Below are positions 1 to 11,945 of a stretch of DNA of 64,000 nt, in pieces. This stretch comes from Candidatus Latescibacterota bacterium (GTDB lineage: Bacteria; Krumholzibacteriota; Krumholzibacteriia; WVZY01; JAKEHA01). The stretch is from assembly GCA_963707635.1 (NCBI GenBank), contig OY970173.1, positions 1,664,001 through 1,728,000 of the forward strand. The letters are read 5' to 3'. A program made the position numbers and the translations under genes. Within the stretch, counting starts at the first letter, position 1; every line of letters begins with the position of its first letter. Under the pieces are notes generated by a model. That model did no database searches, was not told the DNA's origin, and saw only the letters and a program-made list of their open reading frames with translations.

Positions 1-122
1 ATGCCGGTCGCGGCCTCGAAATGCAACAATCCTGGAAAGGCGTTCTCGATCCCGACTTCGGCAGCGGCCGAAACAGAGGCGCTCAAAAGCAAGGCCAGGA
101 TGCAGGTCAAAAGGTGCTTCAT
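1..122 (-). CDS. N-terminus of a secreted protein, truncated by the window edge (possibly PQQ-dependent sugar dehydrogenase-like)
   Basis: Manual translation from ATG at 122: MKHLLTCILALLLSASVSAAAEVGIENAFPGLLHF. Signal peptide followed by an ENAFPxL-like start. Family assignment is weak. Confidence 0.5.
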   Translation of the reverse strand, partial: MKHLLTCILALLLSASVSAAAEVGIENAFPGLLHFEAATG

Positions 123-290
123 GGAAAAGACTCCAAAACGTGGCCGCGGTATTATAGCACAATTTGGCCGCTGACGGTCAGGCGGTCTGCCTTTGATTCG
201 GTTGCCGCGGCGAAGCGCGAGCGATTACAATGAGCGTGGTTTCGATGCCGGATGTGGTGCGTTTGTGAGAAGAACGGATGAAGCGCTTGC

Positions 291-388
291 TGCGGGGTAG
301 TTGAGTGGCACAACGCCGGGTAGTTGAGTGGCACAACGCCGCACTGTTAATGCGGATATCGGAGGTTCGAATCCTCCCCCCGCAGCCA
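291..388 (+). tRNA. tRNA-Asn(GTT) with a 23-bp internal tandem duplication
   Basis: Acceptor TGCGGGG/CCCCGCA, anticodon arm CCGCA-CTGTTAA-TGCGG, T arm GGAGG-TTCGAAT-CCTCC, G discriminator plus CCA. GGGTAGTTGAGTGGCACAACGCC occurs at 295-317 and 318-340. Confidence 0.85.
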
Positions 389-429
389 CTCTTTCGTTAT
401 CAATTCTAGTTTTCCACTGACCACGCCCA

Positions 430-842
430 ATGTCGGCCACTCCTCCGATAAACCGCCAGGAAGAGGCGATCAAGGTGTACCGTGCCCTCTTCCGGGGGGA
501 GCCGCCGGCGGCGCTCGTCGAGCGCTTCGCGGCGGCGTCGACGCAACTGGACCAGCGGGCCGATCCGCCGAAGTCGCCGCGTACGAGCGCTGGCTGGCCC
601 GGGTGGACGATCTCGAGGCGCTGGAGGTGGCCTGTCGCTACACGCGCCGCCTGCCGATCTTGAGCCGCAAGGTCCACCTGATGGTCTACATGGCGGAGAC
701 GCTTCCCGACTACCACGCCGAGTTCGTCAACGAGCACACGAGCCTCGCCGGCGGAGTCAAGGCGCTGGTGGCGGGCGCGCTCCGCACGGGGGCGAAGCTC
801 ACGAAGGGGCTCGTCCTGCTCGCGAGGCTGCGGAATGTCTGA
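430..842 (+). CDS. Hypothetical protein, frameshifted near 566
   Basis: ORFs 430..663 and 603..842 join into one ~137 aa protein if one base is restored. It overlaps the start of the GMC gene. Confidence 0.6.
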
Positions 843-2425
843 CGTCATCGTCGTCGGCGGGGGAGCCGCCGCGGCCGCCGCCGCGCTGGAGTTGGCCGAG
901 CGCGGCCTTCGGCCGCTCGTCCTGGACGTGGGGTACGCGCCCGACGCCCCGGGGTCGCCTATCGACGAAAACCTCTACGCGTTTCGTCGCCACCGCGACT
1001 CCTTCACCCTCCACATCGGCGCTGGCTTTCAGGGACTCGCGGGGCTGCTCGGCATGCGCGGCGCCAACGTCAAACTGAACGCCCCCAACATGGAGTACGT
1101 GACCCGCAACGCCGACGTGCACTCTCCGGTGGACGGCCACGATTTCGATCCGGTCCAGAGTTTCGCGGCCGGCGGGCTGGGTAATGCGTGGGGCGCGGGG
1201 CTGTATCGTTTCTGCGACGAGGACCTGGACGGCTTTCCGATAAAGCTGGCGGATCTGGATCCGTACTTCGACCGCCTGACGCGTGAAATCGGCATCGCGG
1301 GAACCGAAGACGATTTGCGCCGGTTCTTCGGCACGACGGCCGGCCTGCTGCCGCCGGTGCCGTTTTCGCACAACATCGGGCGACTCTACCGGGGCTACGA
1401 AAAGCACCGCGCTCGCATGCACCGGGAGGGAGTGTTCGTCGGGTCGCGCGCGGGTCGCGGTTCTCACGCAAGCCCACGACGGACGCCCCGCCCATCGATC
1501 GCGGAACCTGGAGTTCTGGCAGGAGACACGGTCCATCTATTCGCCCCGGTTCACACTGGAGAAGTTGAGCAAGGCGGGCACCATCGACTACCGGCGCGGC
1601 ACGCTGGTGGAATCCTGGACGGAATCGAATGACGGCGTCGTGGTGCGTGCCCGCGATCTGGCGGGCGGGGAGACCGTAACCTTCGCGGCCCGCCAGCTCG
1701 TGCTCGCCGCGGGGGCCATCAATACCGCGCGGATCGTGCTGCGTTCGCGCCAGGATTATCGAACGCAGCTGCCGCTGCTCGAGAACCCGGCAATGCAATT
1801 CCCGCTGGTGCTGTTTCGATCGCTCGGACGCGCGCTGGACGCCGACGCGTTCGGCCTGGTCCAGCTCAACATGATCTGGACGAAGAACCCGTACGGCGCC
1901 ACTCTCCAGGGCAGTATCATGGAGCTGACGTCTCCGATGCGCGCCGAGTTCTACCCGAACCTCCCGTACTCGGCGCGAGCCAACCTGCCGCTCCTTCGCA
2001 CCATGCTCCCGGCCATGCTGGTGCTGCAGATCTTCTTCCCGGGCTCGAGCATGGTGCCGGCGCGGATGTCGCTGCGCGAGAGCGGGGAACTGCGGATCGA
2101 AGGGCACCCCAACCGGATCGAGACGGGCGGAATGAAGCGACTCCTCGCCCTCCTGTGGAAGATGGGAGCGTGGAGCCAGTTGAGCCGCGTCGTCCGCGTG
2201 CCGACCGGTCACTCCATTCATTACGCGGGCACGCTGCCGATGAAAGAAACGCCGGCCGACTACGAGTGCGACCGCCTCGGACGATTGCACGGCACGCGCC
2301 GCGTCGCTATCGCCGATTCGGCCGCATTCACCCGCCTGCCCGCGAAAAACATGTCGCTCGGTATGATGGCGAACGCGATGCGCGTGGCGGCCGCGGCGGC
2401 CGAACGGCTGCGTGAGTCCGCATGA
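835..2425 (+). CDS. GMC-family FAD oxidoreductase, frameshifted near 1442
   Basis: N-terminal VIVVGGG and GGLGNAWGA motifs in ORF 835..1632. LAAGAINT, HYAGT and IADSA motifs in ORF 1283..2425. One extra base separates the two frames. Confidence 0.8.
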
Positions 2426-3312
2426 AGACCGTCCTCATCACCGGTGCCAACGGCTTCATCGCGCGCGCGGTCGCGGCGGCGTTCGCGCGCAGCGGCGTGC
2501 GGGTCATCGGCGTGTCGCGCCCCGGCGCACCGGTTGCGGGTTTCGACCGCGTATTCCGGGTGAAGCTCGGCGAGTCCATGAATCCCGTCCTCGCGGACGA
2601 GCCGGTGGATGCGGTCGTGCACTGCGCCAACGATTCGCGGCGGGACAGCTTCGCGGTCAACGTGGAGGGAACGCGCCGGTGGATCGGCGAGGCGCACGCG
2701 CGCGGGGTGCGGACCCAGCTGCTGATGAGCAGCCTCTCGGCGCGCGAGGACGCGCTCGCGGACTACGGGCGCTCGAAGTGGGCGATCGAACAGACGATGC
2801 GCGACGTGGGAGGCACTTCGTTTCGTCTGGGACTCGTGGTGGGAAACGGCGGCATGTTTCAGAGGATGGTACAGGCGCTGGCGCGGCCGGTCGTCCCGCT
2901 CCTCGACGGCGGCCGATCCCGCGTGTACGTCCTCGGCATCGACTTCGTCGCCGACGCGACCCAACGCGTCGTGTCGGGCGAGCTGCCGTCGGCCGTCGGC
3001 CGGCTCCTGCACCTCCAGCAGCCGGAGCCGTACCGGCTGGTCGACGTGCTGCGGGCGGCGCGAGCGGCGTATGGGTATCGTTGCGTGCTCGTTCCCGTTC
3101 CGTCGCTCCCGGTGCTGTGGGCGCTGACGATGGTGGAACGCTTCTCTTTCCTCAATCTGCCGGTCACCAGCACGAATGTCCGCGGACTGCGGCAGAGCGG
3201 GATGGAGTCGTTTCCGTCGGATTTCAAAGAACTGGGAGGACAGGAAGAGACGCTGGCCGAGCTGGTCGGACGCGCTGCCGTGGCGGAGGCTCGAAACGCC
3301 GCCGTGACTTAA
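2422..3312 (+). CDS. NAD-dependent epimerase/dehydratase (extended SDR)
   Basis: TGANGFIA Rossmann motif and YGRSK catalytic motif; start overlaps the GMC stop region. Confidence 0.85.
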   Translation: MKTVLITGANGFIARAVAAAFARSGVRVIGVSRPGAPVAGFDRVFRVKLGESMNPVLADEPVDAVVHCANDSRRDSFAVNVEGTRRWIGEAHARGVRTQLLMSSLSAREDALADYGRSKWAIEQTMRDVGGTSFRLGLVVGNGGMFQRMVQALARPVVPLLDGGRSRVYVLGIDFVADATQRVVSGELPSAVGRLLHLQQPEPYRLVDVLRAARAAYGYRCVLVPVPSLPVLWALTMVERFSFLNLPVTSTNVRGLRQSGMESFPSDFKELGGQEETLAELVGRAAVAEARNAAVT

Positions 3313-3449
3313 GCGCTTCTGCGGAAAATGGGTTAGCCGTTCCGGAGGCGCAAAATCGGTCTTCTCGGGCCGGCGAGCACTCTGTTATATTCCTCCCGCC
3401 GAACATGCCCGCAAGGGCATGTCGCGTTATTGGCCGGGACGATCACCTC

Positions 3450-3544
3450 GGGAATGGATGGGCCCTGGTGGACCTCGGGGACTTCAAATCCCTTAGTCGG
3501 GCGAGACCGTCCGAGGTGGGTTCGATTCCCACACATTCCCGCCA
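3450..3544 (+). tRNA. selC: tRNA-Sec (UCA)
   Basis: GGGAATGG...ACATTCCC-G-CCA extended acceptor, anticodon arm GGGGA-CTTCAAA-TCCCT, long variable arm TCGGGCG-AGAC-CGTCCGA, T arm GTGGG-TTCGATT-CCCAC. Confidence 0.92.
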
Positions 3545-3611
3545 CCCATCGCGCGCGCGGGCGTTGCGCGGGACGCGTCCCCACGGCCCCTGTCTACCGG
3601 GTAAACGACTG

Positions 3612-4349
3612 GTGTCGCTTTCATCGTCGATCGTTCTGGGCCTGACGTTCATCGCCTGGCTGGGTGCGGCGATGCCGTCGATGGCGGGGGTCGCCGAAGC
3701 GGACACGACGCGGCCGGCCGGCGCGGACAGCGCGACGATCGCTGCGCCCGATACGTCGCGAACGCCGCCGAGCGATTCGCTGCGCACGATCACGGTCAAG
3801 GATTCGCTGGGGATTCCCGGGACGCTGCGCGGTCAGACGGTGGAACCGGATCCCGCCGCGATCAAGGGGACGCTGCAACGCATGGGCTCGAACGAAATCG
3901 CGGGCCGCACGCCCTGGGAGCGAAAGAAGAACCCGAGAGTCGCGATGCTCTGTTCCGCGCTCCTTCCGGGGCTGGGGCAGACGTATAACGGAAGGCGCCT
4001 GAAGGTGGGTCTGATGGTGGGGTTCTCGACGTTCTATTCATTCAACGGGTGGCTCAACTGGAAGCGATACGAGGCCGCGATCGTGGCGCGCGACGCCGCC
4101 GAACCGGGCAGCGGGGACTATCGGGTCCAGAACGACCTGGCGGCTTTCTATAAGGAGGAAGCCCGCACGCACCTGTGGTGGTTCGGCGCCACGTGGATAC
4201 TCGGAATTCTCGACTCGTGGATCGACGCGCACCTCTACGACGTGCGCGGCTACACGCCGCCACCCCCGCCCGAGGACGCGGTTCCACGCGCGGTGAACGA
4301 GCGCATCAGCTATCTCACGTTGGGATTCGATCTCGAGTTTTCGAAATAA
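3612..4349 (+). CDS. DUF5683-like membrane/secreted protein
   Basis: C-terminal part of ORF 2412..4349. Contains KKNPRVAMLCSALLPGLGQTYNG and DSWIDAHL motifs. Start codon uncertain. Confidence 0.65.
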   Translation: MSLSSSIVLGLTFIAWLGAAMPSMAGVAEADTTRPAGADSATIAAPDTSRTPPSDSLRTITVKDSLGIPGTLRGQTVEPDPAAIKGTLQRMGSNEIAGRTPWERKKNPRVAMLCSALLPGLGQTYNGRRLKVGLMVGFSTFYSFNGWLNWKRYEAAIVARDAAEPGSGDYRVQNDLAAFYKEEARTHLWWFGATWILGILDSWIDAHLYDVRGYTPPPPPEDAVPRAVNERISYLTLGFDLEFSK

Positions 4350-4372
4350 ATGACGCCGCAGACTGATAGAAC

Positions 4373-6184
4373 ATGATATTTCCCCAGGAACGCACTCGCA
4401 ACTTCTGCATCATCGCCCACATCGACCACGGCAAGTCGACGCTGGCGGATCGTCTGCTCGAGCACACCCATACCCTCTCGGGCAAGGAGATGCGCGAGCA
4501 GGTGCTCGACACCATGGATCTGGAGCGCGAGCGCGGCATTACCATCAAGAGCCACCCGATCCGGATGATCTACCGCGCCAGGGACGGCCTCGACTACCTG
4601 TTCAACTTGATCGACACGCCGGGCCATGTCGACTTCACCTACGAAGTCTCGCGCTGCCTCGCCGCCTGCGAGGGCGCCATCCTGGTGGTGGACGCGGTGC
4701 AGGGGATCCAGGCGCAGACGGTATCCAACGTGTACCTGGCGGTCGAGAACGGCCTCGAGCTGTTGCCGGTGATCAACAAGATCGACCTGCCGGCGGCGCG
4801 GGTCGAAGAGGTCACGCACGAAATCCACGATTTGATCGGCGCTCGCGAGGACGAGATCGTGAAGGTGAGCGCGCGCGAAGGGATCGGCATCGAAGACTTG
4901 CTGGAGGCGGTGGTGGCGAAGATCCCGGCGCCGAAGGGCGACCGCGAGGGCAAGCTCCAGGGTCTGATTTTCGACTCGTTCTACGACACCTATCGCGGTT
5001 CCGTGGTCTACGTCCGCATCAAGCAGGGGCGTGTGCGCAAGGGCGACGTGATCCGGATGTGGTCGACGGGCAACACGTTCGAGGTAATGGATACGGGGCA
5101 CTTTCGCATCCAGATGATTCCAGCCCCCATGCTCGAAGCGGGAGATGTGGGATACGTCGTCACCGGCATCAAGGACATCCACGATATCAAAGTCGGCGAC
5201 ACCATCACGACCCACGCCGATCCGTGCGAGCAGCCGCTGCCCGGTTACACCGACGTGAAGCCGATGGTGTTCAGCGGGCTCTACCCGGTCGAGGCCGACG
5301 AGTACGTGGAGCTGCGCGAGGCGCTGGAAAAGCTGCGGCTCAACGACTCGTCGTTCATCTTCGAGCCGGAGACCTCGGTGGCGCTCGGCTTCGGGTTCCG
5401 CTGCGGGTTCCTCGGGCTCCTCCACATGGAAGTGATCCAGGAGCGCCTGGAACGCGAGTACAACCTGAACCTGATCACCACCATGCCCAGCGTGGAGTAC
5501 AACATCCGCACCAAGAGCGGCGAGGAGCTGGTGGTCGACAACCCGGCGTTGTTTCCCCCGGAGGGAAAGATCGAACACGTCCGCGAGCCCTACGTGAAGG
5601 TGGAGGTCGTGACCCCGAGCGAATTCGTGGGCGCGATCATGACGCTGTGCCAGGAGCGGCGGGGTACATACCTGGGCATGGAGTACGTGACCAAGGAACG
5701 GGCGGTGCTGCGCTATGAGATGCCGTTGGCCGAAATCCTCATCGATTTCTATGATAAGCTCAAGAGCCTTAGCCGGGGGTACGCGAGCCTGGACTACAAT
5801 TATGTCGGGCACCGCGAGAGCGACGTGGTCCGGTTGGACATCGCGCTCAACGGCGACCCGGTGGATGCCCTGTCGATGATCGTCCACCAGGAGAGCGCGT
5901 TCAACATGGGACGCGATCTTGCTGTCCGGCTCAAGGAAGTCATTCCACGCCAGATGTACGAGGTCGCGATCCAGGCCTGCATCGGAGCCAAGGTGATCTC
6001 GCGCACCAACGTGAAGGCGCTGCGCAAGAACGTGACGGCGAAGTGCTACGGCGGTGACATCACCCGCAAGCGCAAGCTCCTCGAGAAACAGAAAGAGGGC
6101 AAGCGCCGTATGAAGATGGTCGGCAAGGTCGAAATCCCGCAGGACGCGTTCCTGGCGGTGCTCAAGGTGGAGAGGTCAAGTTGA
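4373..6184 (+). CDS. lepA: Elongation factor 4
   Basis: [48 protein letters not shown]. Confidence 0.98.
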   Translation: MIFPQERTRNFCIIAHIDHGKSTLADRLLEHTHTLSGKEMREQVLDTMDLERERGITIKSHPIRMIYRARDGLDYLFNLIDTPGHVDFTYEVSRCLAACEGAILVVDAVQGIQAQTVSNVYLAVENGLELLPVINKIDLPAARVEEVTHEIHDLIGAREDEIVKVSAREGIGIEDLLEAVVAKIPAPKGDREGKLQGLIFDSFYDTYRGSVVYVRIKQGRVRKGDVIRMWSTGNTFEVMDTGHFRIQMIPAPMLEAGDVGYVVTGIKDIHDIKVGDTITTHADPCEQPLPGYTDVKPMVFSGLYPVEADEYVELREALEKLRLNDSSFIFEPETSVALGFGFRCGFLGLLHMEVIQERLEREYNLNLITTMPSVEYNIRTKSGEELVVDNPALFPPEGKIEHVREPYVKVEVVTPSEFVGAIMTLCQERRGTYLGMEYVTKERAVLRYEMPLAEILIDFYDKLKSLSRGYASLDYNYVGHRESDVVRLDIALNGDPVDALSMIVHQESAFNMGRDLAVRLKEVIPRQMYEVAIQACIGAKVISRTNVKALRKNVTAKCYGGDITRKRKLLEKQKEGKRRMKMVGKVEIPQDAFLAVLKVERSS

Positions 6185-6780
6185 GCAAGAAGCGAAAGAA
6201 ATCCGTAGTCCGCGAGTACACCGAGATCATCGTACTCGCGGTGGGACTCGCGTTGTTCGTGCGCACGTTCTTCGTCCAGGCGTTCCGGATCCCATCGGAG
6301 TCGATGGAGGACACGCTCCTGGTCGGCGACTTCCTGTTTGCGAACAAGCTGCTCTATGGGCCCAAGCTCCCGTTCGTGTCCGTGCGCCTGCCCGAAATTC
6401 GCGCCCCGAAGCCGGGCGACATCATTATCTTCAAGTATCCCGGCGACCACAAGATCGATTACATCAAGCGCTGTGTCGCGGTGGAGGGACAGACGGTCGA
6501 GCTCATCGACAACCACCTGTTCGTGGACGGGGTGCTGCGCGATGAGGACTTCACGAAGTACGTGTTCGGCTCACGGCCGGACCGGCACTTCGGGCCGTTC
6601 AAGGTGCCGGAGGGGCACATCTTCATGATGGGGGACAATCGCGACAACAGCGCGGACAGCCGCGTGTGGGGGCCGCTGGACAAGAAGCTGATCAGCGGAA
6701 AAGCGATGTTCATCTATTTCTCGTGGAATCCGAGGTCGCACTCGATCCGCTTCTCGCGTATCGGAGACGTCATTCGTTGA
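6181..6780 (+). CDS. lepB: Signal peptidase I
   Basis: [15 protein letters not shown] and [12 protein letters not shown] motifs; follows lepA. Confidence 0.96.
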   Translation: MSKKRKKSVVREYTEIIVLAVGLALFVRTFFVQAFRIPSESMEDTLLVGDFLFANKLLYGPKLPFVSVRLPEIRAPKPGDIIIFKYPGDHKIDYIKRCVAVEGQTVELIDNHLFVDGVLRDEDFTKYVFGSRPDRHFGPFKVPEGHIFMMGDNRDNSADSRVWGPLDKKLISGKAMFIYFSWNPRSHSIRFSRIGDVIR

Positions 6781-6789
6781 GCCTGGCTC

Positions 6790-6876
6790 GCGGTGACGGT
6801 GCCCCTCCGCTCATGCACTTCGCGCGCGATCATTGAAAGCGCGCCTCGTGAAATCGCGTCGGAGCACCGTCACCGC
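6790..6876. repeat. Long intergenic hairpin with a 13-bp perfect inverted repeat
   Basis: GCGGTGACGGTGC (6790-6802) pairs with GCACCGTCACCGC (6864-6876); inner GCGCGC/GCGCGC pairing also possible. Confidence 0.75.
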
Positions 6877-6890
6877 TCGCCTGTGATCCT

Positions 6891-8036
6891 ATGAAGCCAC
6901 TCTCGCTCTACATTCACGTTCCGTTCTGCACGCGGCGGTGCTCGTACTGCTCGTTCTACCACGTGCCGGCCGCGGAGGAACGTCAGCGAGCGTTTATCGA
7001 CGTGCTGGTGGATGAGATCGGCGCGGGGCTGGCCGCCGTCGGCGAGCCGGTGACGCTGCGCACGATTTTCGTGGGCGGCGGCACGCCGACGGTTCTCGAA
7101 CCGTCGCACTGGCGGCGGCTGGTGCGCGCGCTCGAACCCCACATCGCACCCGGCGCGGCGCCGGAGTTCACCGTGGAGATGAACCCGGAGGACGTGACCG
7201 GGGAACTGGTGGCCTTCCTGCGCGCCCAGGGCGTGAATCGCGCCAGTCTCGGCATCCAGTCCATGCACGCGGTGGGGCAGAAGGTGCTGAAGCGATGCGC
7301 CCCCGAGGTGAACGCGGGCGCGATCGAAATCGTGCGGCAAGCATTCGACAACGTGAGCTTCGACGTGTTGCTCGGCGTCCCGCGGACGACGATCGCGGAC
7401 CTGCGCAATACCGTTGGGACGCTGCTCGGGTTCGGTCCCGCGCACCTCTCGGTCTACGGGCTCGAGGCGGGCGGCGACATGTCCCACGAGGTAGAACGCT
7501 TCTTTCGAGCGGTTGACCCCGACCGGGTGGCTGATGAATACTTGTGGGTGTGTGAGGCGCTCCGGGCGCGGGGGTACGGCCACTACGAGGTCTCCAACTT
7601 CGCCCGGCCCGGTTTCGAGTCCGCCCACAACCGGGTGTACTGGGACGGCGGCGACTATCTGGGGGTTGGCCCGGCCGCCCATTCGTCCGTCGGCGGGCGG
7701 CGATTCTGGAACGCGCCCTCGCTGGACGCGTACCTCGAGCGGGTCCCCGGCGGGCACGTGGCGGCGCGACAGTTCGACGTGGAAGGCGACTACCGCGTCG
7801 AGCGCGCGATGCTCGCGCTGCGCACGGATCGCGGGTTGCCGCGATCGGAGTGCGCGTGCAGCGACGCGGTCCTGGGCGCGTTCGCCGCGGAGGAACTGGT
7901 GGTCGAAGCGCACGGACGCGTGTTCGCCACGGATCGCGGGTACTTGCTCTTGAACGACCTCGTCCTGCGCCTGACGGCGCCGGCGCGGGTGCACGGCGGA
8001 TACGCGACGACTCAACCATCGATGCCGACATGCTGA
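6891..8036 (+). CDS. hemW: Radical SAM heme chaperone HemW
   Basis: LYIHVPFCTRRCSYCSF, GGGTPT, YEVSNF and HNRVYW motifs; lepA-hemW-hrcA synteny. Confidence 0.92.
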   Translation: MKPLSLYIHVPFCTRRCSYCSFYHVPAAEERQRAFIDVLVDEIGAGLAAVGEPVTLRTIFVGGGTPTVLEPSHWRRLVRALEPHIAPGAAPEFTVEMNPEDVTGELVAFLRAQGVNRASLGIQSMHAVGQKVLKRCAPEVNAGAIEIVRQAFDNVSFDVLLGVPRTTIADLRNTVGTLLGFGPAHLSVYGLEAGGDMSHEVERFFRAVDPDRVADEYLWVCEALRARGYGHYEVSNFARPGFESAHNRVYWDGGDYLGVGPAAHSSVGGRRFWNAPSLDAYLERVPGGHVAARQFDVEGDYRVERAMLALRTDRGLPRSECACSDAVLGAFAAEELVVEAHGRVFATDRGYLLLNDLVLRLTAPARVHGGYATTQPSMPTC

Positions 8037-9055
8037 TCGAACAGAACCGGGACATACTCCGCGTGATCATCGACGCATACGTGGGCGACCGCGTTCCCGT
8101 CAGTTCGCAGCGCGTGCGCGAGGCGGGTCATTTGCGCTTGAGCACGGCGACCATTCGCAACCGCATGGCCGTGCTCGAGCGCGACGGCTACATTTCCAAG
8201 CCGCACGTGTCGGCCGGTCGCGTTCCCACCGACGAGGGCTATCGCGCGCACGTCGACGAGCTGCAGGCGGAAGGCTCGCGGATCGGCGCGGGCGGACTGC
8301 CCGACGTCCGCGAGGGGTTGCGCGGCGAGTCGCTCGACGTCAACGCACTCATGCTGCAGGTGTCACAGCTGCTGGGGGCGATGTCCCGCAACGTGGCGGT
8401 GGTGTACGGCGCGATCGTGCAGGAGAGCCGGGTGCGCAGTCTCAAGCTCTTCCACGTGGAGGGTGAGCGCGTCCTCGTGGTCGCCAACCTGACGCCGGAG
8501 CACGAACGCACGCTGGCGCTGCGGCTCTCGCGCCCGGTTTCGGCCGAGGCTGTCGCGGCGGCGGAGGCGCTCGTGAACCGCATGGTGGCGGATCGCACGC
8601 TCGACGCCGCGCGGCGCACCCTGGCCGAATCGGTCCGCGACAACGTGACGGAGGAGGGCATCGTGACGCGCGAGATCGCGGCGCGCCGCGACGAAATTTT
8701 TTCCGAGCCGCCGGCCATCGAGCTCTGCTTCGAGGAGCGCAGCCGAGTCCTCGATCAGCCCGAGCTCTCGGACCCGCGGACGCTGCAGCTATTGCTCCGA
8801 ATCTTGCACGACCGCGAATACCTGACGTCGATTCTGGCCAGCCGCGCTCCCGACCGCACCGAGGTGACGATCGGCAGCGAGCACGGCGATGACGCGATGC
8901 GCCCCTTCAGCCTGGTCACCGCCGGCTACCGGATGGGTGCCGCGCGCGGCGTGCTCGGCATCATCGGGCCGACGCGCATGCGCTACGATCTGGCGCTGTC
9001 TCTGGTTCGATCGATGTCGCGTGAACTGTGCGCGATCGGCGACGAGTACTTCTAA
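8030..9055 (+). CDS. hrcA: Heat-inducible transcription repressor
   Basis: STATIRNRMAVLE, PHVSAGRVPTDEGYR, GIIGPTRMRY. Confidence 0.95.
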   Translation: MLIEQNRDILRVIIDAYVGDRVPVSSQRVREAGHLRLSTATIRNRMAVLERDGYISKPHVSAGRVPTDEGYRAHVDELQAEGSRIGAGGLPDVREGLRGESLDVNALMLQVSQLLGAMSRNVAVVYGAIVQESRVRSLKLFHVEGERVLVVANLTPEHERTLALRLSRPVSAEAVAAAEALVNRMVADRTLDAARRTLAESVRDNVTEEGIVTREIAARRDEIFSEPPAIELCFEERSRVLDQPELSDPRTLQLLLRILHDREYLTSILASRAPDRTEVTIGSEHGDDAMRPFSLVTAGYRMGAARGVLGIIGPTRMRYDLALSLVRSMSRELCAIGDEYF

Positions 9056-9065
9056 GGGAGACTCC

Positions 9066-9857
9066 GTGGACAAGAAACACCGCATGCCGGCAGCCGAAGT
9101 CGACGCCGAGCGCCCGGACGACGACGCGAGCGACGCGAAGCCCGAACGGGTGTACGACCTCGACGACGCCGATCCGGCCGGCGACACCGTTCCCCCGGTT
9201 GCCGGGGAAGACGGCGCCGAAGCGGCGCCCGTTGCGGACGAGGTGGTCGAGCCCGCGCCGCCCGCGCGCGGGAAGCAGTCGGGAAAGTTCTCCCGCCGGG
9301 AGATCCTCGATCGCTTCCAGCAGAAGAACGTCGAGATCACGCGCCTGACCAAGGAGAAGGCCGTGCTCGAGAAAGAGAAGGCGGCGTTCGAGAAAGAACG
9401 GGCAACTCTTGCCGCCTCCAGGGCGACCCTCGAGACCCAGGCCGCCGAGTTCAAGGACAAGTGGCTACGCTCCGCAGCCGAGTTTGAAAACTACCGCAAG
9501 CGTTCCGCGAAGGAATGGGAATTGCTTAAACAGCAGTCGAAGACCGAAGTCATTCTGGAGGTTTTGAACTCGCTGGATGATTTCGAGCGGGCCTTTGCGG
9601 TGGCGGGGGACCAGGCTGAGAGCGAATTTGTCCGAGGTATTCGCCTCATCTACAACAACTTGCGCCAGGTCCTTCAGAAGTTCGGCGTCGAGGAAATCGA
9701 CGCACTCCACCAGCCCTTCGACCCGACCCGCCACATGGCGATCGGGCAGGTCGAGACCACCGAGGTCGCATCCGGCCACGTGGTCGAGGTCGCCGAAAAG
9801 GGTTACGCCAGTAACGGCAGCGTCATCCGGCCCGCCCGAGTCATCGTTGCAAAGTAG
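9066..9857 (+). CDS. grpE: Nucleotide exchange factor GrpE
   Basis: AEFENYRKR, FDPTRHMA, KGY...IRPARVIV; GTG start after a GGGAG RBS. Confidence 0.95.
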   Translation: MDKKHRMPAAEVDAERPDDDASDAKPERVYDLDDADPAGDTVPPVAGEDGAEAAPVADEVVEPAPPARGKQSGKFSRREILDRFQQKNVEITRLTKEKAVLEKEKAAFEKERATLAASRATLETQAAEFKDKWLRSAAEFENYRKRSAKEWELLKQQSKTEVILEVLNSLDDFERAFAVAGDQAESEFVRGIRLIYNNLRQVLQKFGVEEIDALHQPFDPTRHMAIGQVETTEVASGHVVEVAEKGYASNGSVIRPARVIVAK

Positions 9858-9980
9858 CAACGGCGACCCGAATTCGAACCAATCGAGAGTTTTTTGCACG
9901 GCGCGCCGTGCGGGCGTCCGTTCTGCGGATGCCGCACCGGCGCGACCCGTGCGGGGTTGCAACCGATTGAAGGAGCCGAG

Positions 9981-11804
<1,824 letters not shown>

Positions 11805-11945
11805 TCGGCCGGCCGCGAATCGCCGCCGACCGGCGACGATACGAAGGACCGATACCCCTCAAGCGCCCGGGTGCCTGCCCGGGCGCTTCGCGTTACGGGC
11901 TTTTCGCTGGTCGCTGCGCTTGACGGTGGGCTATATTCCACGACG

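Noticed and set aside
295..340. CRISPR-like direct repeat
   Set aside because: Two abutting copies with no spacer, inside a tRNA; no cas genes in the window.
2412..4349. 645 aa ORF in the track
   Set aside because: It reads through the epimerase in another frame and across tRNA-Sec; only the part from about 3612 looks like a real protein.
9890..9965. Possible sigma54 promoter and TGCACGGCGCGCCGTGCG palindrome before dnaK
   Set aside because: Only a weak GG-N10-GC match, and short GC palindromes are expected by chance at this GC content.
6780..9980. CIRCE operator expected near hrcA/grpE/dnaK
   Set aside because: No TTAGCACTC-N9-GAGTGCTAA match seen by eye in these spacers.
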